Positions 61,998 through 64,000 of a stretch of 64,000 bases of DNA are shown here, in pieces. Numbering within the stretch: the stretch's first letter is position 1; every line of letters begins with the position of its first letter. Both the position numbers and the translations under genes were made by a program. The notes under the pieces were generated by a model that was not told the origin of the DNA, searched no databases, and was given only the letters and a program-made list of their open reading frames with translations. Source of the stretch: a bacterium (GTDB lineage Bacteria; SZUA-182; DTGQ01; JAFGSM01); assembly GCA_049472335.1 (NCBI GenBank), contig JBLIRO010000010.1:15527-79526 (forward strand), written 5' to 3'.

Positions 61998-64000
61998 ATG
62001 AAAAAGAAACTCTGCATAATTGCCTTGTCATTTTTGGTAATTTGTAGTCTTTTTGCCATGAATGCCATGGTTGGTGAAGCCTGGACTCTGGATATCGCTA
62101 CCATAGGGCAGAAAGCGGATGTAAACACTTCCATAATTGGGACAGATCCCAATGGTCCGATAGTTTACCCTTATCCGCCTAACAATCCGCCTGATTTTAG
62201 CGCGATAATAAAGATCAAGGGCACTGGCGACGATAGAAATAAAGAAGACTACAGGGCGCCTGGATCCGCTCAGGAGGTATGGGAATTGGAGGTTACAGTG
62301 GCAGGGCCTAATCCTCTCGGCGGATCTGCTGACATAGATGCGAATGATTTTTGGCCTGTGCTTTCCTGGGATCCCAATGGAATATTGGGGGCCTCTCAGG
62401 GGATGGACCTTTATTTGGGTGATGCTAATGGTACGTTTCTTTTGGATATGAGAACGGCAAACAGTTATCAGACAGTGGAAACAGATGCAGAAGAAGTCGT
62501 CGAATCGTGGGATTACGCCCTCTTCTCATTTACTGTAGTATTTGATTCAGTTCCATGGTGTTTGGATGCAGATGGAGACGGCTATGGTGATGCAGCCAAT
62601 TCAGTTTATGAACCATTGTCAGGTTATGTCTTAGACTGCTCAGACTGTGATGACAGTGATCCGAACACCTATCCCGGGGCTGCCGAGATTTGTGACGGGC
62701 AGGACAATAACTGTGATAGCTCTGTGCCTGTTAATGAGGTAGACGATGACGGGGACTCATACAGTGAATGTGAAGGAGACTGTAATGATGCGGATAATAC
62801 CGTTTATCCCGGCGCTCCTGAGTTGTGTGATGAGAAAGATAATGACTGTAACGGTACTATAGATGATCCTAACGCACTGTCATATAGTACATATTATCAG
62901 GATGCGGATACTGATGGTTATGGAAATGCCGGCGTCAGCCAGATTGCCTGCGCACAGCCTGCGGGTTATGTCTTAGACGCAACTGACTGTAATGATGGAG
63001 ATGCAGATACCCATCCTGGCGCCACTGAGCTTTGTGACGGGGAAGATAATAACTGTGACGGGACTGTACCTGCCGATGAGGTGGATGCTGATTTGGATGG
63101 ATATCTTGCTTGCAATGAATGTGATGATACTGATGCCGCAAGATTTCCTGGCAACCCCGAGGTATGTGATGGCAAGGACAATAACTGTGACGGTACAACC
63201 CCAGTCGATGAGGTGGATGCTGATTTGGATGGATATCTTGCTTGCAATGAATGTGATGATACTGATGCCGTAAGATTTCCTGGCAACCCCGAGGTATGTG
63301 ATGGCAAGGACAATGACTGTGACGGAACAGTTCCTGCCGATGAGGTGGATGCTGATTCGGACGGATATCTTGCCTGCAATGAATGTGATGATACTGATGC
63401 CGCTATTAACCCCGGTGCTGCGGAGCTTTGTGACGGTATAGACAATGACTGTAGCGGAGTCATTGATGATCCTAACGCGCTTGTCTATAACGACTACTAT
63501 CGCGATGCGGACGAAGATGGCTACGGAGATCTCAACGATACCCAGAATGACTGTGTGCAGCCTGCCGGATATGTGTTGGATTCGACGGATTGCAATGATG
63601 CGGATCCCAATATCAATCCCGCTGCCACAGAGGTCTGTGATGGTATAGACAATGATTGTAACGGTACTGTAGATGATCCCAGTGTGCTTACCTATGAGGA
63701 CTACTATCTCGATGCGGACGAAGACGGCTACGGAGATCTCAATAACAGCCAGAATGCCTGCAGCCAGCCGGATGGTTATGTACTGGATTCGACAGACTGT
63801 GATGACACTGATGCGGCAATCAATCCCGGAGCAGAAGAGGTCTATGACGGCATTGACAATAACTGTGACGGCAAGACGGATGAGAACTGTTATTTTGTGG
63901 AGAATCTCATAGCCACAGGACAGGAAGTAACCGGACAACCACAAACGGTATCAGTAGATTTCGGATTGGATTGGGATTTAGCCGGTATACTTGCTGATCC
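61998..64000 (+). CDS. Secreted MopE-type (putative metal-binding motif) repeat protein, 3' partial; absent from the ORF track
   Basis: AGGAGG RBS; hand translation MKKKLCIIALSFLVICSLFAMNAMVGEA|WTLDI...PVLSWDPN...; 8 repeats of DxDxDGY...CxDxD...PxxxExCD.xDNxCxG; frame open to the window end. Confidence 0.9.
   Translation, partial: MKKKLCIIALSFLVICSLFAMNAMVGEAWTLDIATIGQKADVNTSIIGTDPNGPIVYPYPPNNPPDFSAIIKIKGTGDDRNKEDYRAPGSAQEVWELEVTVAGPNPLGGSADIDANDFWPVLSWDPNGILGASQGMDLYLGDANGTFLLDMRTANSYQTVETDAEEVVESWDYALFSFTVVFDSVPWCLDADGDGYGDAANSVYEPLSGYVLDCSDCDDSDPNTYPGAAEICDGQDNNCDSSVPVNEVDDDGDSYSECEGDCNDADNTVYPGAPELCDEKDNDCNGTIDDPNALSYSTYYQDADTDGYGNAGVSQIACAQPAGYVLDATDCNDGDADTHPGATELCDGEDNNCDGTVPADEVDADLDGYLACNECDDTDAARFPGNPEVCDGKDNNCDGTTPVDEVDADLDGYLACNECDDTDAVRFPGNPEVCDGKDNDCDGTVPADEVDADSDGYLACNECDDTDAAINPGAAELCDGIDNDCSGVIDDPNALVYNDYYRDADEDGYGDLNDTQNDCVQPAGYVLDSTDCNDADPNINPAATEVCDGIDNDCNGTVDDPSVLTYEDYYLDADEDGYGDLNNSQNACSQPDGYVLDSTDCDDTDAAINPGAEEVYDGIDNNCDGKTDENCYFVENLIATGQEVTGQPQTVSVDFGLDWDLAGILAD
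63075..63470 (+). repeat. 132-bp coding tandem repeat, about 3 copies
   Basis: Units start at 63075, 63207 and 63339; they encode DEVDADLDGYLACNECDDTDA...; the first two are nearly identical at DNA level. Confidence 0.9.

Noticed and set aside
63075..63470. Tandem repeats as a CRISPR array
   Set aside because: Periods are multiples of 3 and in frame, with no unique spacers and no cas genes. The same holds for 21567-21782 and about 41700-42075.
62935..63944. 323-aa and 165-aa minus-strand ORFs
   Set aside because: Antisense shadows of the plus-strand MopE-repeat gene starting at 61998

Overview
AT-rich bacterial chromosomal window with Gram-negative-type envelope genes; the lineage cannot be fixed from the sequence alone. 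I saw no rRNA, tRNA, CRISPR array, prophage or transposase. The left part is a cell-envelope cluster: two YcbB/LdtD-type L,D-transpeptidases, a YcbK/MepK peptidase, a CdaA-YbbR fusion, cardiolipin synthase, an OmpA/MotB lipoprotein and an SLC12-like cotransporter. Housekeeping genes (pyk, LOG, M20 peptidases, ABC-F, MFS, SSS, a histidine kinase) are scattered through the rest. The striking content is a set of secreted proteins. (1) A 3600-aa surface protein with about 130 nearly strictly alternating CxPCP/CCP dicysteine motifs arranged in six ~300-aa super-repeats. (2) A 2173-aa multiheme cytochrome with 53 CxxCH plus atypical motifs, including CX14CH, followed by a second cytochrome with a Met-rich insert. 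(3) Several low-complexity Gly/Tyr-, Pro/Gln/Tyr- and Pro/Thr-rich secreted proteins; three unrelated secreted proteins end in the same -PVI tripeptide. (4) A partial MopE-repeat gene missing from the ORF track that shares an unrecognised 'PVLSWDPN' domain with the giant protein. The tripeptide DPN is strongly enriched in exported proteins, and three of these genes have consensus sigma70 promoters 550-700 nt upstream. Together these suggest an undescribed cross-linked, possibly conductive extracellular coat or matrix system. All counts are hand counts and all functions are inferred.
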